From: Podarcis erhardii
Lineage: Eukaryota
Length of the DNA: 64,000 bases
Assembly (NCBI GenBank): GCA_964252035.1
Contig: OZ176211.1
Direction: 5' to 3' (one strand)
Every line of letters begins with the position of its first letter. Positions within the stretch are counted from its first letter, which is position 1. The notes beneath the pieces are model-generated. The model was not told the DNA's origin. It did not search any database and saw nothing but the letters and a program-made list of their open reading frames with translations. Positions 24,385 through 38,091 of this stretch are shown here, piece after piece. The translations under genes were made by a program, and so were the position numbers.

Positions 24385-24595
24385 AAATAAAAAAATTTCT
24401 TCCAGTAGCACCTTAAAGACCAACTGAGTTAGTTCTAGGTATGAGCTTTCGTGTGCATGCACACTTCTTCAGATTTCGTGCATGCACACGAAAGCTCATA
24501 CCTAGAACTAACTCAGTTGGTCTTTAAGGTGCTACTGGAAGAAATTTTTTTATTTTGTTTTGACCATGGCAGACCAACACGGCTACCTATCTGTA
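24385..24595. mobile_element. Penelope-like element remnant: inverted pair of terminal segments with a hammerhead ribozyme core
   Basis: Perfect 78-bp inverted repeat (24385-24462 / 24478-24555). Motif TCTGAAGAAGTGTGCATGCACACGAAAGCTCATACC..GTTGGTCTTTAAGGTGCTACTGG matches recalled sauropsid Penelope termini. The + copy continues to ..CAGACCAACACGGCTACCTATCTGTA. Confidence 0.75.
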
Positions 24596-27500
24596 GCAAG
24601 GGAAAATTGTGCCCCAAAGCCACTCTTCAAGTTTTTCTATTTTCATGTGCAAGCAAAGCACTGACAAGAAATCACACACACACACTTGAAAATTTGGTGA
24701 TTTAATGCATTGGATGATGTTCATTATTAGGGTAGACGTACTGAAATAAATGACTTTAGTCCATTTATTTCAATGGGTCTAATTCAAGCGATGACTCAGC
24801 TGGATATTATCCAGTGCTTTATCTGCTATCAGAACAGAATTTACATGGAAGCATCAGTAAGTAAGTCAAAACCCAAAACAAAGACAAAAAAAATATTTTG
24901 CACAAAATACCAAGGAAACCTGGGATATGAGAGAAGATACTTATGAAGTACTGAATTTTCATTACTAATTTGTGGCGTAACACTGGCTAAATCCAGAGCG
25001 CAGGTAATTCCTATTATTCTGTAAGAGAATCAAAAGGGCTGAATCCTTTGAACATTTTAACATGTTAGAGATAAGCAAAAAGGAATGAATTACTTAGTCC
25101 AATTCATACAATCACTTGCATCACTTGATGGCTCTGTGCTTACAGTTCAGTCCTTAAAGTTCAATCAGTGACAGACTTCCTGGCAAGAATACTTAAGACT
25201 GCCAACTAGATTATTTGCAGCTGAATGTGTGAAATGGCTCTATTGAAAAGAACCGGGGCAACATAGATCTTTTGGTGTGCTGCTGTAAAATGGTTTAAGG
25301 CAGCACTTCCCAGTTTCTTTCCTCTACAGGCCACTTGAAAATTGTTGAGGGTCTTGGTGGACTTAATGATTTTTCTGCCTGTTGTAGCAATTGTGATGCA
25401 CTTTGCTAGATGCTGTATGATTTTTTAATTGTATTTTTATTGCTTCTTTTAATTCTTGTATTGTATTATAATTTGCATTCCATATAACTGAAATTGTAAT
25501 ACATTAAAGTATGGTATAAGAAATAAAATAAGCAATAAAAATATATAATTAAAATCAATATGGATATTTAATACGGGCATGCCATGGACCACCCGAGTGA
25601 AGCTCATGGATCACTGGTGATCCACAGAAAACAGTTTGGGAACTCCTGATTAAAGGTGTTTGGTTTTACGCTACTTGTTTCTTTAATTTTCTTAGATCGT
25701 TTTTAATACTGCTGTTTTTAATTTAATTATATTATGCAAGCTACCTTGTGAAGATTACGCACTAAATGGCAGCCCAAATTAACTATGAATGAGAAAGTTC
25801 TCACTGTGGTAGCTGTTCAGTGATGGCTCATTCACACACACAAGTTGCCACTCGATGCAGTACTCAGTGAATATTCATGGAGTTGAATTATGGATTAGAA
25901 GAGCAATTTTGAATTCATTTGTATAATCATATACATGCAAACAATATTCTTAAGAAAGCTGGAATTACACGAAATAAAAATACTTTGTAGGTTTTGCCCA
26001 AGTCCTAATTCATTTACTGTCTTCTTAATTACTCTCCCAAAAGGTCCTAAGGATTAAAATGCAATAAGAAGGCAAGTCCCCGAGAATTTGCAGAATTTAT
26101 ACAAAAAAATGCAGGTCTTTGCACTTAACTCATTATTCCTCCTAGCACAATAAAAGTACTATGCCCATTTCCAATACAATAAAACACACTGGTGAAAAGC
26201 AGAGAATAATGAGTGCTTAGTTGTTTCCCCATCCAAATCCAACTTTTTTGCTGCAAGCATTTTCCTGTGCTGATTCTAGACATAGCCCTTGGACAACAGA
26301 CCCACTGGCAAAAATCCACAGAGATAATTTCTGACAAGCCCAGTAAGGTTTTTGACTCCCCGCCCCACAGAACAGCAAGACCCCATGCTATAACACAAAC
26401 TGCTTTTGAGACCCAGCCCTTTCAGAAGCAGTTTGCTATACTGAACAAGGAACTGCTCAAGAAACACAAGCTCCTTGAACACATAATTAGGAGTGTTGTT
26501 CTTTGGATCCTATCCATTGATTTCACAGAGATTTAGCTGCAAGTAGTAGGTTTTTTATCTCATCTTGCCAAACATGCAAAAATTGCTGGTACCTTTCCAA
26601 CCATGGTAGCTATCCAACCCACCCACTAAAACAGGACAAAAGAAAATAATATTTTTCAACATTTGAAAAGCGAAACTTTTTTTTACCACACACACACACA
26701 CACACACAAATTTAGACCCATTCAAATTCAACATTTTGCAATATTTTATAGTTCCCAGAGATGTACACATTATATTTCAAATATTATTCCTAAATTGCAA
26801 TAAAAGCTGTTTTAATCAAATTGGTCATTAATTGGGAAGCATATCATGAACCAAAACACTGTCAGGGGAAAAAGGAAATTAGAGGCAGGATTACTATTTA
26901 TATAGCAACTTAATTTGGACAGGAAAGTAAAGTATTCCATTGCTGCATTGTTAAGGGTGAAGTAAAAGAATCATGTTTCACTTGAAGTTGAAAAACACTG
27001 AAGAAGTGTTTCTTTAAAAGGCAGACTCACCCTACCAATACGTTTAAGATAATGGATTCAAGCATGTACCAATATGCAGTTCTGAAACTGCATTTCACTT
27101 TACTTCAGCTAACTCAGTTTAATCAGAAACATCAACTCAAGACTGAAATGCACTTTCTACCCATGTGAAACTTAACTTTAATGATGTTTCAGCACACAGA
27201 TTCTGGACACCTACAAAATGCCTTTTATTTATAGTTATTGCAATGTACTGAAAACAGAAGCAGATCGTGGAAGGTATACCTTATAAAAACATCATTGTAA
27301 TGTTCCGATTAAAGGCAATACAGAGACATATACCTAGTCTCTGTGTTGCATGAAACAGAAAAGCAATCTGAGTTGTTTTAAATAAGCCATTACCTATTTA
27401 GAATTATTTGCTTAATGACATGAGGCATAATCCAGAGCACATCATATGCTGTGCCCATGCACAAACAATTTCCATAGGCTCAAGAGAGCCTTATTTCCCC

Positions 27501-29000
27501 CCCTCCCCTGACTACATGCATGCACAGGCAGCCAGTTAAGGAGATGGTAGGTCTGTGTTTGCCTTCCATACTCCCATCCTGCCCTTCCTCTCTGGTCAGG
27601 GCAGGTTACTCATGCTCAAAAAGCCTATTGTGTTGCACATGCAGGTTAAGAGTAGGGGAAAGATGAATGGGTCTCCATTGTGAACAGACACCCTATGCAC
27701 ATAGGAACTGTACCAACAGGAGAGTGGGCCGTGCCCTAAGATTTTATTAGTAGTTATTTCTATAACTAGCAAATACCACATGATGTGTCCTTACATTTTA
27801 AGAAAATCAGTATGTTAGAACAAAACCTGGCAGGATACTTTTTTGTAAATATGACAGAACCCCTATAGTCTTAAAAATCAAGCACAAGCACCCAGTCACC
27901 TCAACTTTTAGGGTATTTAGTATTTTCTGATACAGCCCCCATTCCTGTCTAAGCTCCCCACGACTAAGGTTTTAATACTCAGCGTGTGATGAGAGATGAA
28001 ACCAAGTGTGAACAAGTTTCAGGTCCCATGAGTAGGCTGACTGTTGAAGCTGTCAGGTTCAATTGCATCATTCCGACATTATTCAATGCCCCAAACTTCA
28101 CTCTAATTGTTAGGGGCTTAACATATTCAAAACCATTGTTTAGGCTAATGCTGAAATGCCCACAGTTGAGTTTCCATAAAGAAGGGGGAGGGATTTAATT
28201 GTACTTAAACCATTACTGAACTCTCCTTCATTCATGATAGGACAACAAGAAAGGCCTGAGCCACCAATTCCAAAGCTGCTTTGTAAAATCAGTTTATATC
28301 TAATAAATACCCCCTTGCAAATTAATTTTTTTGTTAATAATTGTTGAGGGTCACAATTATTTCCATACTTTAAAATTAAATGAAGAACAGCATCACTATT
28401 TGCTTCAGACCAGAAATATTTTCTTTTATTTTTTTAAATTCTTTATCATCAGAATTTGGAAAAGAGGATACAAAGATTATCAAATATATTTTTGCCAAAG
28501 CTAAAATGGAAATATATTCTCCATATAGATGTACTTAAAAAAACTTAACTGCTGTAATTTTAATTGGAGATCCTTCGCCTCTCTAAGATGACAAGTGCAA
28601 TTTTTGTTCCCTCTTCTAGTGGAAGTTGTTTCAACAAAAACACTAAAAAATGTCTGATATCCTGTTGGTATTTATGATTTTTTCCCCAAGTGCTGTTCAT
28701 TTTACACAGGGTTTACAAAGGGCAATTTGCTGTTAAATCATAGCTATAGCAGGGACGAACAATCTGTGGTCCTCCAGATGTTGGGACTCCCATCAGCCCC
28801 AGGCAGTGTGGTCAATAGGTGGGATGATGCAAGTTGTAGTCCGGCAACACCTGGAGGGCCACAATCTCCTCTGCTTCATACAGACAAATAAATCTTAGTT
28901 ATTTAACATTACTGAAAATTTAAATATAAGAAAAGGGAAAGCTGATGTCCATTTTAAGAACACTCTGTATTTCCCACAGAAAATAACATGTAGCCATATA

Positions 29001-29242
29001 CAGTGGTACCTCAGTTTAAGAACAGTCTGGTTTTAAGAATGATTTGGTTTACAAACTCTGCAAAATCAGAAATAGTGCCTTGGTTTGAGAACTTTATCTC
29101 GGTCTAAGAACGGAATCCGAACGGTGGAAGGGCACCAGCGGCGGAAGGCCTCATTAGGGAAAGCACGCCTTGGTTTAAGAACGGTTTTGGTTTAAGAACG
29201 GACTTCCGGAATGGACTAAGTTCATAAACCGAGGTACCACTG
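29001..29242. mobile_element. Tc1/mariner-type MITE
   Basis: TIRs cagtggtacctc / gaggtaccactg, TA on both flanks, internal repeats of tttaagaac. Confidence 0.88.
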
Positions 29243-31885
29243 TAGTTACTTATAATATAAGCCATGAAGTCACTAGATGCAAAGCGCTCTAATCAGTACT
29301 GTCTAATCATTAGCTACTAAATAGCTTAACTTGTCTTCTAAATTATCTGATACCTTTATTCCAACATTTTTAATATTTACTGTTAAAAGACAAAAGATAC
29401 CTGCCAGATACTAGCCCTCTGATTGTTGAAAACCCAAACAGAACAGGAGAGTATGTCTAGGATCAAGTGGAGATACAACTTTATGTTGAATGCGGCTTCA
29501 AAGCTTTCTGTCCTCCAGCCAAATGCATATACTGTGAAGACACTGCTATTACAACACCGCTCAGTCTCCAGCAGGAACTTGGGCAAAGTCAGATAATCAC
29601 TGGTGTACATTTTTTAAGCAAGCTAGCAAGATTATAGTCAGGCAATGGCATGGCATATTACTAAAAAAGCCTAACACAGCATAGTCAATTGCCCCATAAT
29701 GCACACTAGTCAATTTCAAACACTGTTCTGTACAAAAATGCTCAAAATTCACAGTATATTTATATAAGGGCTTTGCACTATCAGTGAACTTTGGCCACTC
29801 CCGTGAAAGGTTTTGCACACAATCTTTCCAAAGTTATATCAAAATTCACGGAAGTATTTTGACATCTTTTCATCGCAATGTAGGCTCTTACCAAAACACG
29901 CACACACAAAAACCATTTTTCACATTCACTGCCATTACTATTGTCTCAGGAAGCTAAAGTGAAGTAGTGCTACACTCAGTTCATCGAAGAGGTCAATGTG
30001 CCTCAGTTGCCTGGAGACTGATGGTTGCTACAGCAGCACCAGATAAGCCCAACTAAATAAGCTTCAGCTCGAAGGCAGAAAGCATTTACTGCTGGACTGA
30101 AACATTGAAGCAGTTGTCTCAGCATGCAGCAGTGTGCACAAAATCATGCAACTGTCTGTCAACCTTGCTAAACCGTATTTATACAGGAGGCCTGCATTAC
30201 TGAAATCAGTTTATTAAAAAGTAAAGATTTTAATTGGGCAAAATACTACCACTATGAGCAACTATGATTCCTTTGTTCTTCTAGTAGAGTCACATGTTGT
30301 GTGGAATTTTCCCTCTGGCAGTAAATTCTTCTCTTCCACCCCAAAGTCCCCAGTCATAATGACAACGAAATAGGATTTTGCGTAGTTTTGTCTAGTATTT
30401 GATAAAAACTGTTCAAATGCCATTTTAAAGAAAAACAAGACAACACTTTAATGGAAATCTTTCTACATTCTGAAACTTTTACTCAAATATAAACACCACT
30501 AAGTGAAAATATTATTTCTGAAGGAAGTAAAAAATATGATATTTCTGTTTTAGGATCTTTACATTAAGGGGAGGGGGGAGAGAAAGTGAATTAGATATGG
30601 CTGCTTTTATGCCTGCCAGCCAGAGGGGGTCACTGCAGAATGATACAAATAACACTTTTCAGAAGCACACAGGAACTCAGGACAAAGTTCAGGGCATGAC
30701 ATACGATTCTCCTATACACTTGTGCATGAAGCTGCTGCACACAGCCATAAACCATTAACAACTTAAATAAGCTAGATGACACTGCTGCTCTATCACTCCT
30801 TTCAGGAAAAAGATTGCAGGCATGCTTCACTTGTCTCCCAGATATGTTTTACTTGTCTTCAACAATAACGTTAAAAGTTTTGAGAACATAATAGGCAATG
30901 CAAGTATTCTGAATGCTTTCAACCAAGCCAATGAGAAGCCTACTTGGGAGCACACTCCGGTACCTGTCTACTCAGGAGTACAGTACATTGAACTCATTTA
31001 GTTTAATGGGGATTACTGACAGGAAAGTAGATAAAGGAATGCCACCTTGCAGACACATTTTATTTTACTATGTTATGGAAACAAGCCCAAAGGGGAGCAC
31101 ACATTTGTTACATGTAAGTCTATGACTTACTATAACTACACATGTTGTCTCCTTCTAACTATCTGACTATTTCAGCATAAGGTACTGAATGATATGTTGC
31201 TCTTTATGTACTATTTATTTACACAATGAATATTATTTAAGTACATCAGAAGCTGGCCAGAAAAACAGTAAAACTGGTAACTGGCAAAGTTATAAGGGAA
31301 GGAATTATAGCAAAACAATGAATTTGTCGCATCTTCATTACAAAATATCAAGAAATATCAAACCCAATTCATTTTTCTTGAGTAATATATCACAGTAGTC
31401 ATCCAAGCCTCAATTGCATTCTCTAAAGTAGTTGTAAGTTTTCAACTATTCAGAAAACCAACATGTTTAGAGTCAGCTTTTGTACTATGTAGTTACAAGA
31501 TTTCCAGAATCACTTAATATGAACAAATTGACCAATCATCTGTCTTGAAATGGTAAGAAAGATTTTTATAAACAGAATTAAGGATGTGGAAAAGCAGCCA
31601 TGCTGAAAGAACATCAACATACCTTTAACCAGAACATGTTCCTTAAAAGTTTAGGTTTTGGCAGACAGAGGTATGTATGGTATATATTCTGTTTCTGACC
31701 AAGTTCTTTGCCAGACACATAAAACTTAGCAGCTATGGAATAACTTAAGATTCTGTTATAGAAAAAAATTATATTGGGAACTGTTAAAATGACAGGAAAA
31801 CCAAAAAGTGGGTAAACTGAGAGTTGTCAGAGATAAACTGTGTGGCTTCACAAGGGTCTGTACTGAGAGTCGGTATTCTTCAGGT

Positions 31886-32000
31886 CAGCCTTCCCCAGCC
31901 TGGTGCCATCTTCCATGTTTTGGTCTAGACCTTATTAGGCCTAGTCAGCAGGGCTGCTGTGGTTCAAAACATTTGTGGGGCACCACATTAGGGAAGTCTG
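31886..32000. mobile_element. hAT-type MITE (cagccttcccc.. family)
   Basis: Imperfect TIRs cagccttccccagcctggtgcc / ggcaccacattagggaagtctg. Confidence 0.65.
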
Positions 32001-33861
32001 CTTTAAAGTATCTACAAATGAGGAGGACTTTTTGGTTGGAATGACTAGGAAAAGCAAAGACATGGGTGAATAGGGCTCAGTTTTCCATTCAAGCGCTTGA
32101 ATTCTGACCAGCCTCCAAGAATTTTGCACAAGTGTGGTGGGTTCTTTCAAGTCACCTGCCTCTATTCAAAGCTAGCTAGGGCACGACAGGCACTTTCTTT
32201 TTTCAGCATTCTGGAGCAATGTGGATTAGATTGGCAAGAAAACTGCTACCAATTCTCTGTACTTATTGTATCATGTGGTTTTTTGTGGGGTGGTTGTTGT
32301 TTTTAAAGCAGTAGTACAACATGTGATATGCTATACATTCAGATTTGATAGATGGCTACAGATAATATACCCTTTCAGGCTTTCACTTCATCCCAAGATA
32401 CCATCCCATAGCATACCATGTTTGGAGAAAGGTGTTACGGGTATTTGGTCCTTTCAACCATTCAGTAAAACCATACCACTTGCCCACAAAATTGCTTCAC
32501 AGTCTGGCCATCTGAAAACTTCAATTTCTCTGCTAGTGCATTATACCAGACAAAGTTAAACTATTCTTGTGTCACACATACACCCTTATTTTTGCAACAC
32601 CTTGCTGTTAACTTTTTGCAGCTACCCTTAAAAAAGTAGTTGCAAAACAAGATTTAGAGTTCTTTAAATTGTTCTTTAAATTCTCAAAAGGTGTGGTGCA
32701 CCATACTCATGTGGCAGGAGAGAATGGCAAGTGTGGTGGGAAGATTCAAGGACAATCAAAGAAACATTTAAACATTTCATTTGTGCTGATGAGACGAGAG
32801 TTTGTCTCAAATTAAAGCTAATATAAATGAGATTAGCCAACGAAAGCAAGTTCACACCTCTCATCAACTTAAGGTAGGAGGATTGTTTATAATTACATTT
32901 TGGGAAGGATTCATGTTCTTATGTAGCTGCATTATTTTACACTTTCTGGATGCCCCATGATCATATTATAAATTAGCTGTGTCCTATGTTATAAATCAAG
33001 TACTGCTAAGAGTAGTTTCTTTCTGTTTTCCAATGTATTTCCTACCAGTTAAATTTTTTTGGTGTGGCACAATCAATTTTTTATTCTGAAAGTGTGGCCC
33101 AAAGGATGAATATTTGAGAACCATTGCTTTAAATTGTATCATTGTGCTAATCAAAAATAGTCAGAATTTTTTATTAAAAAGAATAATGTATCCCAACCAT
33201 TTTTTACACTTACATCAATACCTTATCAAACAGTTACTGAATGTATGGACACCCCAACAAATATCATAGTAATAGATCAACAAGGACATGGTGGGACAGG
33301 GTGTACCACCCACCCCCATAAAAGTAATTATGACTGGCAATATCCACATTTGGGATTGTGTGAAAAAGTGATACAGCAATAACCAGTAAAGTACAGCACA
33401 AATGCCAAACTGAAGCAATAAATATAAGCACAATACCAAATAATATATGGCTTAGTGTTATATAACCTATTTGTTAAACAAGCCTACAAACTATTTAGCA
33501 TCTACTCTCTCTGCTGCATCTCCTTTTATATGGAATAATGAGACTAAAAATTTATGAATACCTTTCCAAAGATTATGCCTGTTTGTTAGCACATAAATAA
33601 CAAACAAAGTTTTTCTTTATATATATATGACTACCAGAAAGAACAGCCCTATGAAACCATGACACACATGCTTACAAAGGCAGAAATCATATCATTGGAA
33701 GCATCTGTATACTGCAACAGCTATAAGAAAAAAACTCAATTGCAGAGAAGGATAAAAATGAAACCAGACTGAATGAGGAAAAGAAACAACTTTTTACTTA
33801 CACATAACTGTTTGAAGAATCTTGCAGATCTCTGTATTAACAGCAACTGCAGCAATTAGCT

Positions 33862-34060
33862 ATTTTAGTAGAAGGGTTTTTGTACCTGTATTTATTTCAC
33901 CTGTGGGGCCTGGAAGAAGTGTTTTGTTAAAGGGGACTCTCTTTAATTAACCCCTTTGGTGCTGAATTTAAAACTTTTTATATTCCCTCACAATGGATGG
34001 TGGTTGTTTTTTAAATGCCCCAAGCTTTTTAAAAGACTGCCTTTTTATGTTTTAGGCACA
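33862..34060 (+). repeat. Direct repeat, copy 1 (~199 bp)
   Basis: Highly similar to 35073-35269 (attttagtagaagggtttttg...ttttaggcaca). Confidence 0.92.
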
Positions 34061-35072
34061 AAAAGCACTGCCAAGACAGCAATTATGATAGAACATAGTA
34101 AGCATTTCATCCAATCCAGTACCAAAAGGGTAAAGTACTAAAGGGTAAGCAGGTGAAGCGCCATCCCCTTTTCTCATGTTGTCTTTCACCTAGCAGAAAT
34201 ACCATAATGTTGCCCATTTTCTTATTCTTCTGGCAAAATTTACAGTGAGATGATAAGAAGGCTTTGGTGCTACTAGCTGAGGTTCTGCTTTCAGCTGGAG
34301 ATAGCAAGAGAAACTTTGTTATGAAATTTCTGCCTTCACAAGGAATTATGTTATTATTTGGAGGTTGAACTCCAAAATGAATCATAAATAATCAAGGCTA
34401 GCTCCTTCTCCTAAAAAATATGTTCTAAACACAACTGAATACGGGGGCGGCCCAAGACATTTTGGCACCCGAGGCAGATCCCAATGAGGAAGAAGGGTTC
34501 AAGGAAGAACTACGCCAGGAACCAGGAGGAAGTAAGAAAGATCAGGTTCCATGATTTGAAGTGAGCTTCCAATTCTGAAACCAATAAGTAAGGAGAAAGA
34601 TGCCCGACTTTGGTGTTCAGTCTCTTCATGTGCCAATGAATATAAGTAGGACTGTGCTGTGAAGCCCTGCCCCCAATATTGCACCTCCATACTTGTGGAG
34701 TCTTCCTGAGTGGTTTAGAACTCTTGCTTCAGCCAATCACCCTCAACCTCATGTATTGAGCTGACATGTTCAAGGGGCAGAGCTTGGAAACATGCCCCCA
34801 TTTCTCAAATATTCATTCCCACACAAGGAGCCTTAACAGCAGAAAAGGGCTCAAATCGGGAAGAAGCTTGTGTGTGAGCCTAGGGGGTGAAAAACCACAA
34901 CCAAACAATGCAAATTGCAGTGATAACTTTTTGCTTATACATTAAATTGTCACTTGTGATATTGATCTATTTTTAAATTTGTTCTTGTATTTATATTACC
35001 CCCCCCCAATGATTATTCTTAGTCAAAGCAGAGTACTTTTCTTTTAAGCCCTCAATTTACAGTCCTAAAGAC

Positions 35073-35269
35073 ATTTTAGTAGAAGGGTTTTTGTTCCTGT
35101 ATTTATTTCACCTGTGGAGCCTAGAAGAAGTGTTTTGTTAAAGGGAACTCTCTTTAATTACCCCTTTGGTGCTGAATTTAAAACTTTTTATATTCCCTCA
35201 CAATGGATGGTTGTCGTTTTTTAAATGACCCAAGCTTTTTATAAGACTGCCTTTTATGTTTTAGGCACA
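35073..35269 (+). repeat. Direct repeat, copy 2 (~197 bp)
   Basis: Highly similar to 33862-34060; about a dozen substitutions or 1-nt indels by eye. Confidence 0.92.
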
Positions 35270-36092
35270 GCATACATCTTCATCATTGTGTATGCTGACT
35301 TTGGGGGCAATCTAAACTCTGGCAGAGAAGCAGCAACCCACATTGACAACCTTGCTGGCCAGGGCAGAAGGTGTGGGAGATCAGGCCTAAACTGAGTCTG
35401 ATGCTGCCACATGATGGCAGTGGCGCTGGCTTAGGCATATCCAGCAGATCCCAGGCTAGTTCAGCTGCTCCCCAGGTACATTCTGGGCCTTTCCACTGGC
35501 TGCTGCTAGTGGGGATCCCACCGCCAACATTTCTGCCCACCTGGCAAACAAAACAAGCAGTTCCAGTCTGGCAAAGTGATGCTGACTTTACCACGCAGGC
35601 AAAAGCCAGCATGACTAGATGGAGGAACACTTCTGCCCAATCCAAACCACTACCACCCCCAGCCAGGAATAAAGGGGGTTTGGATTGCAGCCATAGTTAT
35701 AACCCAATTATAATGTCTACTTTCAACAGAGATCTTATAAGGCACTTATTGAAAGGATTAGCTTTGGAAGGCAAACACTGGCACAACGGGGGGGGGGGGG
35801 ATGGAAATCTGTCGTAATGCTAATATTGAAACCACAGTGTGCAGACGCTCTGAATACTATTTGCAGAAGTTTTATGAAACAAGTGAAGAGAAGCTAACGG
35901 GAAGTCACAAATATGAGAAGGTTAGTTATTAAAGTATTTTTATCCTGCCTTTATACATAAAATATCCAAGGATTTTAAGACTTAACATATTATATTGTTC
36001 AAATATTTGTATTTAGTTAACTGAAATACAAATAGCCAATATGGCTCATTTGTCGTGGCAGAATATCTCACCAATAAAAAAACCCAACCTAC

Positions 36093-36271
36093 CTGAGTTG
36101 TAGCAACAGTTGTAGTTACAGAAGGCGTAGAAGACGGAGACAAAGTTCCCACTTGCTGTACGTGACCAGAAGACTGCTGAGGTAAATGTGAACTGGAAAC
36201 AGGAGTGCTAGATCCTGAGCCAGACACTGTGTTTGGAAAGGACACTGCTACATCATTGCTGCTATAAATGC
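36093..36271 (-). CDS. MLLT10: MLLT10 exon (179 bp), GIYSSNDVAVSFPNTVSGSGSSTPVSSSHLPQQSSGH...ATTQ
   Basis: ORF 35982..36293. Acceptor ttctttcag|GC; donor CAG|gtaggt. Confidence 0.95.
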
Positions 36272-36882
36272 CTGAAAGAAAGCACACGTACAAATGTCTT
36301 TCTGGATTTATGAACCAAATTAGTACTACATTAGTTGGATCTAAAGAAGGCCCTCTACTGCATTTTATATAAAAACAAGGAGTTCATTAAAAGGCATATG
36401 AAACAAGAACAAACCTATTGTGAAGTGGCACAAACAAATTTACAACTGTTTGCGGGTAGGGTAGGGTTTTTTTTGTTTGTTTGGCTTGAGGATTATAACT
36501 ATAACCTGGAAAATATTTTAAGGTTTAAAGGACAATTATTTAAACAATCATAAATTGCTACATTGAGTAATAATTATCACCCACATAGGTTAGCCTTAAC
36601 TCTTCCTAGAACGGGTTGGTCAGAAACTTAAAAGTCTAGCTTTTAGATTCTAAAATGTACCGGCAATTGGTCAAGCTGCTTGGACAGCAAGGCGAGGAGG
36701 AGAATGTTTCATTGCACAATGAGAAATCTTTGCAGTGTTGAACTGTTGTTCTTAGCACTACATTCAATACAACCCAATATCATTGTGGAAGATTGGTACA
36801 AAAACTTAGGTAGAAAACAAGGATGAAACCTTCCTAGATCAGATTACCTACCACATACTCAAAGAGGGGAGAGATGGTAGTA

Positions 36883-37108
36883 CAGTGGTACCTCCGATTA
36901 CGTACTTAATTCGTTCCAGAGGTCCGTTCTTAACCTGAAACTGTTCTTAACCTGAAGCACCACTTTAGCTAATGGGGCCTCCTGCTGCCGCCGCGCCGCC
37001 AGAGCACGATTTCTGTTCTCATCCTGAAGCAAAGTTCTTAACCCAAGGTAATATTTTTGGGTTAGCGGAGTCTGTAACCTGAAGCGTATGTAACCCAAGG
37101 TACCACTG
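36883..37108. mobile_element. Tc1/mariner-type MITE
   Basis: TIRs cagtggtacct / aggtaccactg with TA flanks. Confidence 0.88.
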
Positions 37109-37149
37109 TAATGGAAGATTCCAACTCTGTAGATATCTGTTGGAAGGTG

Positions 37150-38091
37150 AACATTGCTTAGATTTAAAGGTCTAACGAATTCCTGACCTATCTTGTTGAA
37201 AAGTTTATCTTCCACAAAGTAAAAGAAGAAATACGGGGACCAGCTACCATGCACCTGATATTCATCAACCATAAGAACTTGTTGGGCTGCTGAGGTGAAA
37301 CAGCAGAAAGTGTAAGTGACCACAACATCTTGGTATTCATGATACTGAGGAAAGAGAAAGCTTAACCTAGTCAGATGTGCACCCAAGACTTTAGGAAACC
37401 TGATTTCAGTAAGTTTTTCTCTTACTGATGTTGATTCCCTGGATGACACTGGGTTTGATAACCTTACATGTGGAAGTGATCGAGTGATTTTAGTATACCA
37501 TATGCTACATATAAGTCAGCAGTATGATGTGATAGCACAAATAGCAAATGGAATTCTAGGTTGCAACTAGAGAAGTATAGTGTCCAGATTGCAAAAAAGG
37601 TACTACTCTATTCTGCTTTGCTTATACTTCTCCTGTGTCCAGTTCTCGATACTGCAGTTTAAAAGAACACTGACAAACTGGAATGTGTTCAAAGAAGGAT
37701 GAGAAAGATGGAGAGAGGCTGGAGATTTTATGAGGCAAGGTTGAAGGATGTGCATGTTTAACCTGAAGATAGGACTATTAAGCAGCGTCATGCAGATGAA
37801 ACAACCATTTTGTTTTCTGTTGCTCGAGATGGTGGGATCTTAAGCAATGGATTCAAATTTCAGGAGAAAGAATTTAGACAAACATTTGGAAGAATGATTG
37901 TTTCAATCAACAAAAATACAGCTGTTAAACAGTAGAACAGATTGCCTGAAAAATTGTGAATTCTTCTTTGTTAGAAGGTTTTTAAGCAGAAAGCAACCTA
38001 TCAGTGATGCTATAGTAGTGGGTTTCCTGTATCAGCAGGACGACATTAGATGAAATGAATTGTTGAGGTCCCTTTCTACCCTAGAATTCTA
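37150..38091 (+). mobile_element. Degraded CR1 LINE fragment(s) including the 3' end
   Basis: cagcagtatgatgtgatagcacaaatagcaaatggaattctaggttgc resembles the CR1 ORF2 3' motif; 3' tail gaggtccctttctaccctagaattcta. Confidence 0.7.

Noticed and set aside
33862-35269. Direct repeats as LTRs of a TRIM/ERV
   Set aside because: No 5' TG, primer-binding site, polypurine tract or TSD.
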